The notes under the pieces are model-generated. The model worked only from the letters and a program-made list of their open reading frames with translations. It was not told the origin of the DNA and did no database searches. Both the position numbers and the translations under genes were made by a program. From Selaginella moellendorffii (taxonomy: Eukaryota; Plantae; Lycopodiophyta), in assembly GCF_000143415.4 (NCBI RefSeq), contig NW_003314423.1, positions 158,256-222,255 of the forward strand: a stretch of DNA of 64,000 nucleotides, given 5' to 3'. Shown here one piece after another: positions 1 to 13,989 of the stretch. The number at the start of each line of letters is the position of its first letter. Position 1 is the stretch's first letter.

Positions 1-1775
1 ACGACTCAAGTTGTGGTAGACAACTTACGTCAGTATGGCCATCTTCACGCCACCACATTCGGATCTCGTTTTCTTTTGCCTCATGCTCTTCTTCAGAAAG
101 TGCAGCCTGCCATTGTTTGCACAACTCCTTAAATGCTAATTGGAAATCTGGCTTGATAAGGTGGCAGTGTTGATTTAGGCTCTGAGCCCAATGGAACTCA
201 CAAGTCCTCTCACGACCTTCTAGGGGTAGACCATTCCCAAAGACTGCCTGGACACCATTCCTATTAGCCCTAGCCCCATCTGCCATGAAACTGCGAAAGT
301 TGGCAAGCTTACCAGTCCACTTCAATACAATGTCGGAGAGGGACTTCCAAAATATTTCCTGAGCCATCTGGTCTTGTACTTTAAACTCTGCCATTGCAAT
401 TGTCAAGTTACAACATAGCCTGTGAAAAGCACAATGTTTAAAACCATTTTAAGATAATGAGAAAAAAAACTACCTCGAATCATACATATGAGCTCCCATG
501 GTTGTCCAACCTGCCACCCGCTCCATATGCTCAAAATGTACCCATGCATTAGCAAGGTCACTCAACCCAGACATATCCATTCGGGAAACAAGATTCACAC
601 TAGAGGCAGGGCCCATGGTAGACATTTTGAAAACGAAGGGGCACTTTTGCTCACTAATGACTTGATCTGGAAATAAATTCCCATGGATAAACTCATAGGG
701 ACAAGTCCGTTTTAGTTCAAGGATTGAGTCAATTTTTGATTGGAGTTTCCCCTCTTGAGATTCACACATCCAAGACTTTATCCTAAATAAAACAAAATGT
801 AAGAGAGATATTATTGAAAAGTATGTAATAATATTTTCATACCTCCTGAGGTTAGTTGTAGGTTGCACATGTCATAGTAACTCCCAAAAACTAGCCTCAT
901 CCAATTGAGTATTCTTGTAGTTCGGATCAAGTAAAGTATTTGCGATAAAATCCTTGAGCACTGTCTTTTGAACATGCTTTGGAGTTGCAAATGAGTTTCT
1001 CATAGTCTCTATCTGCACTGCATCTTTGAAATGGTTGATTGAACTCCTTTGTATCCCTTCCTGCATTGGATGTGTGTGCGTGTCAATATGTACTGCAGCT
1101 CTACCAACCTCTCCATCCCATGGAAGAAAATAGTACATCTTGGCCCCACAGATGGTACGACACAATGGAGCATTCTTGCAAAATCGACACTTGAATCCAA
1201 CACCAATGGTGTCACAGAGGGGAGGATTGATTGTAGATCCTTCAAAAAATGTGGAGTTTTTACCGCACTCTCGATTGCATGCTTTATTCACACAATCCAA
1301 ATACCCACCACAATGAACCATGGACACTGTGCCTTCGAAATGCTGGAAATGTGTGGTCTTGATCTTGCACCAGTTGTGGACGTCCTGCTTCGTCTCCATC
1401 CCCTTTCGTTTTGAGCTGACAAGAGGTGGTAGTTCAAAGAAGATATTGCCATTGTATGTAGATGGGAGCTCATTAACAGGTCTATGCAGAAAGGAACGAA
1501 CATTGATAGAGAGGCGGGAAAACTGGAAAGCATTGCAAACAGCTTGGAATATAAGTGAAGTTGGAGTTTGGAAATTCTTGGCTCGCACTGGACTAACATC
1601 TCCACTAGAACTAGAAGAGGAAGAAATGATGACGACCAACTCTTGCTTCACATTCACTTTGGCAAGATCGCAGCCTTGCATTTTGATTGGATCCAAAAAC
1701 TCGAATCTTTTTCGACTTGGAATGTTGCAAATCCCAATGTTGTCCACCTTCACCTACACCCGAAAGAAGAAACTC
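1..1775 (-). pseudogene. Mutator/MULE-type transposase, copy A (N-terminal and catalytic exons)
   Basis: ORF 872-1753 has a GCM/WRKY-like Cys/His region. Downstream exons read WVHFEHMERVAGWTTMG, then FMADGARANRNGV...RTCEFHW (MULE DDE core with CxxH). GT-AG introns at about 783-842 and 420-473. In-frame stop near 870. Confidence 0.8.
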
Positions 1776-1793
1776 CCCTCCAGAAGAAGAGAG

Positions 1794-4245
1794 GGCTTGT
1801 GATAGCTTGCCACAAAATTAATGCGTAAGTACCTCTCCCTCTTCAATCACTTTTAACAATTTATGTTTTGCAGGCTGGGACAGTTTGTAGTGCAGAAACA
1901 AAGCCTAGTACATGATATCGAGCAGATCCGGTTTCTTGCCAATCTCGACGAGGATGCAGTCTGCAGCCACTATGGTGATGATTTAGCATCACTTATTCGG
2001 CATCAACAAGGTCGTTAGGATGCCAATAGATGGTACAAGAATCCAGTGGTTTTTATGACAGCTGTGTGGAGTAAGGTATGTTCTTCCAAGTATACTTCTT
2101 ATCATAGAATGTTTGTGTTGTCTTCAGCCATTGGTGAAGGTTAAGCAAGATGCATATGCATAGTCGCATCGAGTTGAAAATGATCAAGAACTCTCGGAGC
2201 ATTTAGTTGCAATTGACAAGAAAATCAACAACACAAAGAAGACAAAGGTAAAGAAATTACTTAGTATGGCTGACCCTCAACACCCAAAGGAGTGGTTCAA
2301 TATCATAACAGAGACTACTTGTCATGAAAGTAAGTATTATTTACATTTACTTGAAGGTTACTCACAAAAGTTATTTTTTAGTGGGCAAGACTTCAGATGA
2401 GATTATTTACAACATCTCAAAGCCAAAGCTTACATATGAGGGACAGATACACATTCTGAACAACCTCAGTAGCAGACTCAGGGAAGGAGAAAAGGTTTGA
2501 ACAGTATGATGGAGACTGTGATGAGGAGGACTGTCTACATTTCACAAACTGTATATGAAGGGGAGATGTTTCTAGCGCCTTTCATAGGGGATGATCCTGA
2601 GTAACTTCCATTTAAGGACTTCGTCACCACTGAGCTTACAAAACTCGGAGAGGACTGGCTGCCAAAGAAGGCCACAAGCACGACTCCATTTGATAAACAA
2701 CTTGGCCAACCTTACTTCATGCGTCGAGCGGCTTTCAGGTAACATACAATTTCTCAATTATACTCAATTGTTTATGTTCTATTATAGGTATCTCCAATAT
2801 AGAGGTGTTCCTCTCAAAACACCGGTATGCACACGACTCCTGAGGCATGGTGTGAGAAATGGAGGGATGTACCCAACAACAATGAAGTTTCCAGCAGCAA
2901 TAAAGCGTGCTTATCCTTGGGAATTGGAGATGCCAGATTATGAACCAACCCACCAAGAGGCTGCAAGAGGCAACAATGATGATGAAGATGATGGCTATGA
3001 GAATGTTGACCCTATTGGTGCCAATGGCGAGTAGAGTGAAGATGGTGGTGAAAACGAGATTCTTCGAGATGAAGTCGAACAAGAGAACCAAAACGTCCAA
3101 GAAGTTTTACCTTGACGAAAGCATGCAAATCCACATCTGGAGGAATTAGTCAATAGTGATGATGATCATCCAAGACGTCCCCATAACTGAGGAACTTCTT
3201 GAGGTATATTTCTCTTAATTCTCTCCTTTTCTTAGTTCCTCAAAATGGTTGCAGCAAAAACTATCGGGAGTAACTTCATTCCAGCTCGTCTTGATGCCCG
3301 AGAAGAGGACCTAGAGGAACTTACATCTACCACACGCCACATGACAGTATGTAAATTTTTCTTAAGTTCACATCTCTTCTCCCCCTAGATTCGCCCTGTT
3401 TCTCCAGTGGCATTCCGTGGTGAAGTTGGGATCTTTATTGGCTCCTACAGTTCATTGATGGCATCTTTGAGGAGGATGCTGAGAATATGGCTATCCGGCA
3501 AAAGTGGGAGCGCTTTTGTCAAAAGATCCATAGGCGACCACTCAAGAGCACAAACTTCATGCTCTTCGACATGCCAGATGGTCTTCCAGACGTTAATGGT
3601 GATGTCCCAAGTTGGAACAACTTGACTAAAGACCACTTGAAGGATGCATTCCTTTTGGCAGCAATTCTCCTTCACACAACTGGTCAAGTTGCCTTCATTC
3701 TCCCGAATGACCCCCATTGGATGTCCTGCCTTATGAGGTATGCAACTCGAGTCAACTTCAAGAGGTTCTCTTCCAGATGCATCATGGATAGTGTTGGGGT
3801 TGAGACCAAAGGCGTTTTAGGCATGCCAGAGAAGGTAAGAAATCATCTTCTGTTTTGGTTGTCTCTAAAGTTCTATTATTCAAGTTATGATGTGGACCTA
3901 CCATGTGTTCTGCAGAAGAGAAAATGACGGTTTTCGTGATAGTGAGCGTGCTGCAATTTGCCAGTGTATGAGAGCTTTACTGACATCATACAAAATCTCA
4001 TAAACGACGATATCCACAACACATTGTCTGGGTATCGGTTCCGATCTCCATCGGTGATGCATGTCCTACTTGAGCTTTATTGCCCAACTAGGGGTGTTGT
4101 CATCGATTGCACAACAGGTAGTGGTTCAATGGTCGAAGCAGCACGTGACTCTGGTAGATCGGTGTTTGCGATTGAAGAATATGAGTTCTTCAAACGCCGT
4201 CTTAGAGGTTTTTGTCCTTCTTTATCAGTTGCTTCTAGGAGGTAA
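1794..4245 (+). pseudogene. ParB-like/DNA methyltransferase-like cargo gene, copy A (5' ParB exon deleted)
   Basis: Multi-exon homolog of 19040-22887. C-terminal exons contain FMLFDMPDG and YCPTRGVVIDCTTGSGSMVEAARDSGRSVFAIE (N6/N4-MTase motif I-like). Several stops and frameshifts. Confidence 0.75.
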
Positions 4246-4650
4246 TTTATGATGTTTTAAAAACTTATATACAATACATATTTAGTTTTCTAGAAGTCTT
4301 CCTAGGTATGCATGGCACATCATATGCAATGTGTAAATTGAGGAGTGGTATGAAAAATCAATTTATTGATGATACATTAAAAGACAATTGAATGCATCCA
4401 TTTGCAATGAGATAATGATTGTGACAGTGACAGTGTCAGTGCAGCAGATAGTGATAGTGATAGCGTCAGTGACAGAGACAGTGTCAGTGTTAGAGATGAC
4501 AGAGTTACAATGTCAGTTTGTCAAATTTCATAATTACTAGTATTATGAGTTTATTATCTATAGGTAATACAATTTTGTTAATAAAAAAAGGCGAGAGGGG
4601 GGGGGGGGGGATGGATAATATCATAGTGTAAGAATTATTAGTAGTAATTT

Positions 4651-5199
4651 TCAGTAGTATGGCCTAAAAATACCATATTCAGCACTTGTGGATGTAGGAT
4701 TTATTAACGGAATATTGTTCCTCACCATGAAATGATAATGGTTGTGTGTTCTTAACTCTTTTTTGATTTTCTTATACATCCATTTATGCACATCTTCCAC
4801 ACCAATTCTTGGGCAATTGTGATAGTGTTTTAGAAAAGTTTCTAGACCCATACAGCCTTCCGTTTTATCTAAATAAAAGTAGTAGATGGGACACTGGAGA
4901 TAATATGTGTTCATTCTTTCAAAAGTTTCAGCCATATCTGGAGCAAGATCTTGAAGAAACATCTGGCATCACTCTTGAAGCACATGAGGCAATTCATCTT
5001 TAGTAGTAACATCTAGAACATTATCTGGAAAAGGGATCTCTTGTTCAGTCACACTTGGGGCTACAAAAGGAAAAGCTTCACAACAATTGTTGTGTGGAGA
5101 TAAGGGTGGAATGTTGGTAGAAGTTGGAGACGAAGGTGGAGACTCATATGAAATGCATGGGGGCCAAGTGCGAGTAGCAATAGCATTTTCCCTAGCCAT
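4651..5199 (-). pseudogene. small zf-XS-like zinc-finger cargo gene, copy A
   Basis: Homolog of 23397-23942 (QCPIY...GLETFLKH...VHKWMY...LRTHNHY), with one in-frame stop at about 4969. Confidence 0.65.
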
Positions 5200-6124
5200 T
5201 CCTACACTCTAAACAAATTGAAATTTCAATGTTGAAAGCATCCTTTGTCGGTATTTATACTAAGAAAAGATCTAGGGGTTAAAGTTTAAATTGTCAGTCT
5301 CAAAAATAGGACTTAGAATNNNNNNNNNNNNNNNNNNNNNNNNNNNNNNNNNNNNNNNNNNNNNNNNNNNNNNNNNNNNNNNNNNNNNNNNNNNNNNNNN
5401 NNNNNNNNNNNNNNNNNNNNNNNNNNNNNNNNNNNNNNNNNNNNNNNNNNNNNNNNNNNNNNNNNNNNNNNNNNNNNNNNNNNNNNNNNNNNNNNNNNNN
5501 NNNNNNNNNNNNNNNNNNNNNNNNNNNNNNNNNNNNNNNNNNNNNNNNNNNNNNNNNNNNNNNNNNNNNNNNNNNNNNNNNNNNNNNNNNNNNNNNNNNN
5601 NNNNNNNNNNNNNNNNNNNNNNNNNNNNNNNNNNNNNNNNNNNNNNNNNNNNNNNNNNNNNNNNNNNNNNNNNNNNNNNNNNNNNNNNNNNNNNNNNNNN
5701 NNNNNNNNNNNNNNNNNNNNNNNNNNNNNNNNNNNNNNNNNNNNNNNNNNNNNNNNNNNNNNNNNNNNNNNNNNNNNNNNNNNNNNNNNNNNNNNNNNNN
5801 NNNNNNNNNNNNNNNNNNNNNNNNNNNNNNNNNNNNNNNNNNNNNNNNNNNNNNNNNNNNNNNNNNNNNNNNNNNNNNNNNNNNNNNNNNNNNNNNNNNN
5901 NNNNNNNNNNNNNNNNNNNNNNNNNNNNNNNNNNNNNNNNNNNNNNNNNNNNNNNNNNNNNNNNNNNNNNNNNNNNNNNNNNNNNNNNNNNNNNNNNNNN
6001 NNNNNNNNNNNNNNNNNNNNNNNNNNNNNNNNNNNNNNNNNNNNNNNNNNNNNNNNNNNNNNNNNNNNNNNNNNNNNNNNNNNNNNNNNNNNNNNNNNNN
6101 NNNNNNNNNNNNNNNNNNNNNNNN

Positions 6125-6281
6125 CATTTTTATCAATAGTGACAGTGGTCTCCACATTCCCAGATGGGTAATAAGGACCAGGTATGTAATATGGAGATTG
6201 TGGTAGTGAAACAAAATTAACATTCTCACATTTCTGTATGCTAGAACTATTTACAGATTTTTTGTCTTCCTTGCTTTCCAT
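6125..6281 (-). CDS. short 'SPYYTPG' peptide gene, copy A (3' part in N gap)
   Basis: MESKEDKK...FVSLPQSPYYIPGPYY, homologous to 24556-24804. Telo-box-like TAGGGTTT just upstream of the ATG. Confidence 0.55.
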
Positions 6282-8883
6282 CTCTGTAAACCCTAAAAAA
6301 TGAACGAGTGAATCAATGTTCCAAATTATTTATATATTTTTGGTCAATTGTTGAAATGTTAAAATGTTGAAATGTACAATAGGTTCATTCGAACTTCAAT
6401 ATTCCTATTTTATAAAGCCCAAAATTTTCTATGGGTTCAAACAAACTTCAAATTCTAGAAACAGTATTTTATTGTATAAATTGCATTAGAAAGATTCAAA
6501 AAATAAAAATTTCTCTGAACCATTAATACCTAAATTCATAAATTTCAAGTTCACCAAATAATAACATTTTTCTGACTTAATATTTCCTTATAAGACTTAT
6601 GGTTGACTATGTTGACTAGCATTGACTTGAGCTAAATTGAGCTCAACTCAACTTTGGACCATCCCCTCCAGCATGTGAAATCCCACTCCCTCACCAATCT
6701 TATCATCTTGGGACACACATGGCACCTCCAAGTAGATGCTAAAACATACTGGATGTAGAGAATGATGCAAATTAGTGATCATATCAAAACTGGCAAGCTG
6801 TATAATGCTCATGGCTGCTCCTTGTAAAAGACAACTCCAGCTTCTATACCTCCTACTCCTACTCCTACCAAGATTCCAACATGTCCAGCTTTTCCAGCCG
6901 AGCTCACAGTTGTTTTTCTCGAGCTTCTCAACGATCCATCACTGCCAAAAATGGGGGTATTCAGCATCTACAATTTTTCTATATCCAATGCTACTATTGA
7001 ACCATCTATGGCCATTTGCTCTAGTGTTATACAATCCCCATCACAATCCTTAAGGTGAGAAAACTTGATTGGACTATTTTGCCATAGGCACTTCTAGCAG
7101 TTCGAGAGGCATTTAGGAGGCTCATATTTAGCCACATGCCAATCCTATGCAACTCTTCTCCTTGCTCCATTCCACAGCATATGCTCACAAAAGGTGGTGA
7201 TCTTCCTTGGATACCACTAGTAGCAACCAATTGCTTGGGCTATTTATTTGAGGATTGAGCTTCTTGGGAGTTCACAGCCCTCTCAACAGTGGTAGATGAG
7301 TTTCTAGTTGAAGCTGCAGCTAAAGACAATGTGAAAGTAGCNNNNNNNNNNNNNNNNNNNNNNNNNNNNNNNNNNNNNNNNNNNNNNNNNNNNNNNNNNN
7401 NNNNNNNNNNNNNNNNNNNNNNNNNNNNNNNNNNNNNNNNNNNNNNNNNNNNNNNNNNNNNNNNNNNNNNNNNNNNNNNNNNNNNNNNNNNNNNNNNNNN
7501 NNNNNNNNNNNNNNNNNNNNNNNNNNNNNNNNNNNNNNNNNNNNNNNNNNNNNNNNATTTCTCAATATCCTTTATTTGGACCTTATATCCATTATATTGT
7601 TTACTCTTGTTTACTAACTTTATCTTTCCAGGACACACTCATAGATCCATATATTTTATCATGAATCCTTAAAAGCTCGACAGACAACACTTTTGCAACT
7701 ACTCAATCCATTATCTCAGTTCCAAGTCTTTTTCCTCCCCATCAAGGAGAAAAGATCTAAGCTCCTCACAACACTACTTGGACATGGCACATGCTAGGTA
7801 TGGTGCACAATGGGGTGCATCCCTTAAATGTGGTGGAAACACTGCTCTAATCTCTATTTTCAACTTTGGCCACACTCAAGAGTCTTTGCATGGCTTCCTT
7901 GACACTTAGGGAAATTTTCTTTAGTTTGCAGCAGCTCTACATCACCCTGGAGTCACTACTCAACTACTTCGACAAGGTATTGCATAGTTACATGGCTTTG
8001 GGTTTCATCATATTTCAGCTCTGATTCTCAGCATGATGTCATCAAATATGGAGCTTTCACAGACACCATTCTCACACAAAGATCTAATCCAACCACAACC
8101 ACACAACACATTTGATTTCATGGTAGCTTTCCCAAGCATCAACACTTTGTTCACCCACCAGACTTTTATAAGCACTCAGAGCTACTTTCTCCACTTCAAC
8201 AGCATCAACACTCCCCATCTAGGAGCAGCCAGCACAGCCAGACATCATGCTCCAAGTCTCATATCAACATTTCTTATGGTCCTAGATTCTATTGATATTG
8301 CAAGCTTTGGATCATCATATCTAACTTTAACTTAACTTTCCATGGAATCCAAGGCCTTCTCTAAGATTCCCTTTGCTCTGTAGAGATAAGCTTTTTCAAG
8401 ACAACACTTAGGAAAAGCTTGACTCACCACCTCCTTTACTAGTGGTGAATTCTTTCCTCTCTTAGCTTTATTTTCTTTTCCTCTTTGTTTTTCACTTATT
8501 TCTCATAACCTTCCAAGCCATACCCTCTTGCTGACACAAGCTCAAGCTTGGATTCTAGCCTTGAGGTGGCCTTACTCCATTCATCTGGGAGTTTGTTCAT
8601 CTTTTGGCCTTTTCCCCTTTGTTCCCAAGTTCTTGTCTCTATCACTTTCAGGAACACATCCTCCTCTTCACTCCCATCTACTTGCATTCATAAACCATCA
8701 CTTTATTCACTTTTATAATCATTGCATTCTATCACCACAAATACCCACTTTTGGTTTTTCATCATTTCTACACAATGCATATATGGTACTTGGGATCTTC
8801 CAACATCACTCTATCAAGAAGACTTTGAGCAATATAACATAACAAAAATCACATTTTTTAGATATCAAAGACAAAAGATATAG

Positions 8884-10400
8884 CTTGATCTAAGGAGTGG
8901 ATATCATCAGATTGCAATGGATGATGCATCTATCTCCAAAATAACATTCAACACAAGCTTTGGGCATTTTGAGTTTATAGATATGCTATTTGGTTTAATG
9001 AATGCACTAGCCATATTTACTCGGTTGATGATGAAGGTATTTGGACGTTATCTTCATGAGTTTATGGAGATTTTCTTGGACGATATTCTTGTTTTCAGCA
9101 AGAATATGGAGGAGCATAAGGTTCATTTGTGCAAGNNNNNNNNNNNNNNNNNNNNNNNNNNNNNNNNNNNNNNNNNNNNNNNNNNNNNNNNNNNNNNNNN
9201 NNNNNNNNNNNNNNNNNNNNNNNNNNNNNNNNNNNTCCACATATAAACAAGAGTTACTCTTTATTGTTCATGCTTTGCAGACGTGGCGGCACTATCTTTT
9301 TGGTGCAGTGTTTATACTGTTGACGGATCACAAACCTTTTGTGTATTTTTTCACACAAGAGTTGAACACTAGGCAAGCTTGTTGGATGGTCAAATTCATA
9401 GAGTTTGGGGAGTTTCCTATTGAGCATCATCCGGGAAAATCAAATGTGATGGCAGATGCTTTATCTTGTGTTCATCATGTGACGGCATTACAAACACAGT
9501 TTTGTCATCATTTGAATAAAGTGGTCAATATGTTTGGGCAGTTGGTTAAGCATGCTCAAGTTCAAGATGCTAAGGTGGCCTCTTTGCGAGACCAAATGGA
9601 AGCCCCTTTCTCATTGGTGGATAAGATTCTCTATTACGATAGCCGTGTATATTTTCTACAGGTGGATGCATTAATTACTCAAGTTTTATTCCACTATCAT
9701 GATCATCCAGAGGCTGATCATTTTGGGGGGGAAGAAGACGTATGAGTTGATTAAGCGCAATTTTTATTGAAGGAATATGAAAATTGATATCCTCGAGTAT
9801 TGTAAATCATGCGAGCTTTGTCAGCAGGTTAAAGTGCCACGGGAAAAGCCGAAGGGACTTTTGCAACCATTACTTATTCCTTAGAGCTATTGGTGTAGTA
9901 TCTCTATGGACTTTATCACTTGTTTGCCACGAACATAGAGGTAAAAGGAGTAAGTATGGGTTATAGTGGATTGGTTGACGAAGTATATGTGGTTGTTGGC
10001 TCTTCGGAAGACTGTTACTGCCTTAGACTTAGTTGCGGTCTACTTAGAGAAGGTTTTTCCTGATTTTGGTTTGCCAGAGGACATCATTAATGATCGAGAT
10101 TCAAAGTTCACAAGTGGATTTTGGAAGAGTTTGCAAAGGCTATGCAAGTGACTTTGAAACTCTTGAGTGGAGATCATCCTTAGATGGATAGGCAAACCAA
10201 ATATGTGAATCANNNNNNNNNNNNNNNNNNNNNNNNNNNNNNNNNNNNNNNNNNNNNNNNNNNNNNNNNNNNNNNNNNNNNNNNNNNNNNNNNNNNNNNN
10301 NNNNNNNNNNNNAACTCAGAATAGAGCAAAGAGGTTTGCTAATGAGTATCGCCAATCCGGGAGTATAAAGTGAGTGATCTCGTCTTTGTGTGAGTAATCT
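8884..10400 (+). mobile_element. degenerate Ty3/gypsy pol fragment (RT, RNase H, integrase)
   Basis: LDLRSGYHQI and FLDDILVFS (RT); ELLFIVHALQTWRHYL...TDHK (RNase H); DRDSKFTSGFW (integrase core). Broken by stops and gaps. Confidence 0.9.
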
Positions 10401-10900
10401 TCCCATCAAATGAATGGTAGAACACCTTGGTGCCTTTATGAACAGGAAAAAGTGACAAATTTTGCCATCAATATGTTGGTCCATATGAAGTGTTGGAGCA
10501 CATTGGTAAAGCGGCTTATTGGGTGCAGTCATTCGGTATTTTATGTCAGTTAGTTGAAAGGTATACTATCTCTGAGTGACGGGCCCAATGCCTCCTTAAT
10601 GTATATGGCTGTGGAAAATGGACTAGGAGCTTGAGCAGGGTTCCCTAGAAAGGTGTGAGACACAAAATCCCTAGGCCCTAAAGTGGAGCCGGAAGGGTGC
10701 CACGTGGTAGTGGCCGAAGCGAAAGCCAAACGAGCGTAACACGTTTGGACTAAAAACTTCAATTTAAAAGGTCGAGAGCAGGAGTGGAACTCTTAACAAA
10801 GTGCTCGAGGAACAAGCACGAAGCGAGCAATAAGCGAGGCTCCAAAAAGGGACCCAAAAGGACCAACACATGACACGTGGAAGTGTCCAAGATGGACCTG

Positions 10901-11316
10901 AGTTGGAGTCCGAGATGGAGTCCGAGGTGGAGTCCGAGATGGAGTCCGAAATGGAGTCCAAGGTGGAGTCTGAGATGGAGTCCGAGATGGACCGAGACAG
11001 AGTCCAAGATGGAGTCCGAGATGGACCAAGACAGAGTCCGAGATGGAGTCTGAGATGGACCGAGATGGAGTCCGAGATGGACTGAGACAGAGTCCGAGAT
11101 GGAGTCCGAGATGGACCGAGACGGAGTCCGAGATGGAATCCGAGATGGAGTCCGAGAAGGACCCAAGATGGAGTCCGAGGTTGAGACCGAGACCGGTACC
11201 GAGACCGGGACTAAGACTGAGACCGAGACCGAGACCGGGACCGAGACCGAGCCCGAGGCCAAGGCCGAGACCGAGCCCGAGCCTGAGTCCGATTCCGAGT
11301 CCGAGTCCGAGTCTGA
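10901..11316. repeat. GAGTCC/GAGACC/GAGATG hexamer minisatellite inside an LTR-like repeat (about 10550-12084)
   Basis: Directly visible tandem hexamers. The same repeat type occurs in the opposite orientation inside the solo LTR at 37122-38053. Confidence 0.8.
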
Positions 11317-13989
11317 GAGGGTGAAAGCCCAATGCGTTCGTCTCCCAGACCTTGGGGGATTTGGTGAGCTCCAAAAGTATAGTAAGGTGGAGGACTGCAG
11401 TGGAGCCAGTTTGGCCAGGAAAGGCCAGTTTAGCCCAGGAAGGCTGTACCCAGTGTTGGGTGATGAGCTGCCCACTGGGAAGTCCAAGACTAAAGTGAAC
11501 ACAGACCGACAAGCGGGGTAGCTTGGTGAAGTGTTCAAGAGCTGGCTCTAGTTCCCCCGGGAGATCGACTGGCCGATGCTCCCAGTCCAAGTGTGGGTGG
11601 CACTACCTACTTGGATACCTGATGTGGCTCAACGGAACCCGCTCTAAGCCCATNNNNNNNNNNNNNNNNNNNNNNNNNNNNNNNNNNNNNNNNNNNNNNN
11701 NNNNNNNNNNNNNNNNNNNNNNNNNNNNNNNNNNNNNNNNNNNNNNNNNNNNNNNNNNNNNNNNNNNNNNNNNNNNNNNNNNNNNNNNNNNNNNNNNGTT
11801 AAGTGACTAAAGTAGAATGGAGAAATTAATCACTTATAAAAGTGTGTGATCACCGGTACAATGCTGGCCTTGGGACGAGGACTTTATTGGGGAGGGGGGG
11901 GGGGAAGAATTGTTAGGCACCAGCTTTGACCATGTGGTCAACATCGGTCAAAAGGAGGCTCAAGGGTATATTAAGGCATGTTAGGGTAAAGGACTTCACC
12001 TAATAGTGGAGCGGCGCACAATGGAACTTTTGAGGTAGTTTGGGGGTGGTTAGGTGGTGAGGAACCTTAAGAGGAGGTATAACATAGTTTAGGAAGACTA
12101 GATCTTTGTATTTTTTGTGTCAGATCATAACACTATCCTCTAGAAGTGACATATTTCTAAAGTTAGGATTTTGCCCTTTGCCATGGAGTGTCGAGTTTGA
12201 GTCCTTATAATAACTCTCTTGAGTTTTCTCTTTGTTGGTGTGGTAGCATTGGAGAAGCTTGCTTCATGTTGGTCTTTGGCATGCTTGTTGATGAGTCTTA
12301 AGAGATTTATTGATCTCTAAATCTTGTTTTTGGTCAAAGTCTTCAAGTTGATGTTTTTCTTCATGTGGCTTTCTTGAGCTTGATTCTTTAAAGTCTTTCT
12401 TATGTTGGATTTATGAACTTGAGCTTTATGTTTCTTGACTGTGTCGAGTTCTTGAGTTTAAACTTTGTATACCTTGAATGTGTTGAATTCTTAAAGTCAA
12501 GTCTTCATAGTCTTGATCTCTTGATCTTCATGCTTGTAATTCTTCTTGATGTTTTGTTTTTAATCTTCTAAGTTGAAACTTTCATTTCTTTCAAGGTTGT
12601 TGTTGATGATGTTTAAGTCGTATGATTGGTATTTCTTGAGCTTGTTGAGATTAATGGTTTGGATATGCTCACCATCGAGTGTTGTGATTGCTGCTATTCT
12701 TAGGGCTTTGAATTCTTGGATAAGGAATGGTCCTTTCCATCTTGACTTCACTTTAGAGCCAATTTTCTTGATGTTTCTTTGAAACTAGAGTACTTGATTA
12801 TTGATCTTAAATTCTTCATTTTTCTTTAGTCTTCTCTTTCTGTCGTGGTTGGCTTTTCTTTGAGCTTGAATAGTTTAGAGTGTCCAAATTGTTTTTAGTC
12901 TTTCTTCATCAAGTTTTTCTAATGTTGCTAGCCTTCTCTTGATTGATTCTTCTTGGTTGATCTCGTAGTGTATTGCCATTCACATAAAGGAACAATATAC
13001 TCAAGTGGTGTCAAGGCTTCTAAGCTCTAGGTGAGCTTGAATGGTGTTGAATTTGTTTGATATGCCCATTGGGCGTCATGAATGCGATCATCCCAGTCTT
13101 TCAGTCCAACAAAGTCAAGTCCCCATCATTGACTTAAGTGTCTAAATTTCTTGTAGTCTTTTTTTGTCAAGTTTTTCTAGCGTTGGTAGTTTTTTCTTGA
13201 TTGATTCTTCTTGGTTGATCTTGTAATGTATTGCCATTCGCAATGAAGGAATGATGTACTTGAGTGGTGTTAAGGCTTCTAAGCCATAGGTGAGCTTGAA
13301 TGGTGTTGAATTTGTTGAAACCTTATATGTAGTTTGATATGCCCATTGGGCATCATGAATGCGATCATCCCAATCTTTCTGATTTGTCTTCATGATTTTC
13401 TTGAGGATGTTCTTGAATGTCTTGTTTGTAGACTTTGCTTAACTGTTGCCTTGAGGGTAAGGGTGTGGACCATACTTGAGCTCACGAGTTGAAGAGTTGA
13501 GCTCACGAGTTGAGCTCAATTTTCAATTGTAATTTAGTACAAACATTATAAATTTTAATGGCGAACCTAATAATTTAATAACTCTCTATATATTATATAG
13601 ATAAAAATGTTCTAAAGAACACTTTTTGTTCTAATAATTTAAATATTTACTACATGCAATGATAGGGACATTTGTTAGAACATAAAATAAAATGTTTGCA
13701 AAAAGAGTATTCTTGTCACTTCTTTAAATTTGTACTCTATGCTTTCTGGCTAGTAAATGTTAGGTTTGTCAGAATTAAAAAATTATTAAATTTGAAATAA
13801 GATTCTATGTAAAGCCATATAACCGTTTGAAAGGAAAAAAAATAACCGTTGATGTAAACTTATTGCATATAAAAAAAAGACTTGGTTCTTTGTAGAATAC
13901 ATTCTTGAGGGGTTTGTCGTAGCATACTGTCTAGAATTTATAGATCTTCATTCACACTCTTATTCGAAAAAAGGGAAATATACCCACAA

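Larger units (their letters stand above)
1..6666. mobile_element. MULE-like DNA transposon, copy A (left part outside window; internal deletion near 1776-1793)
   Basis: Same gene content and order as 13461-25160. Ends in the same terminus, TTGAGCTCAACTCAACTTTGGACCATCCCC, at 6666. Confidence 0.85.

Noticed and set aside
5291-6281. Long ORFs running through N gaps (also 7240-7672 and 16391-17247)
   Set aside because: Artefacts of translating Ns; only the flanking codons are informative.
6667-8880. Possible decayed gag-like sequence on the minus strand
   Set aside because: Too many stops and no diagnostic motif that I could confirm, so it is left unannotated.
10759-11590. Overlapping 259-265 aa low-complexity ORFs (SDSI/HLGL/ESEM)
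   Set aside because: By-products of a stop-free hexamer minisatellite in an LTR-like repeat.
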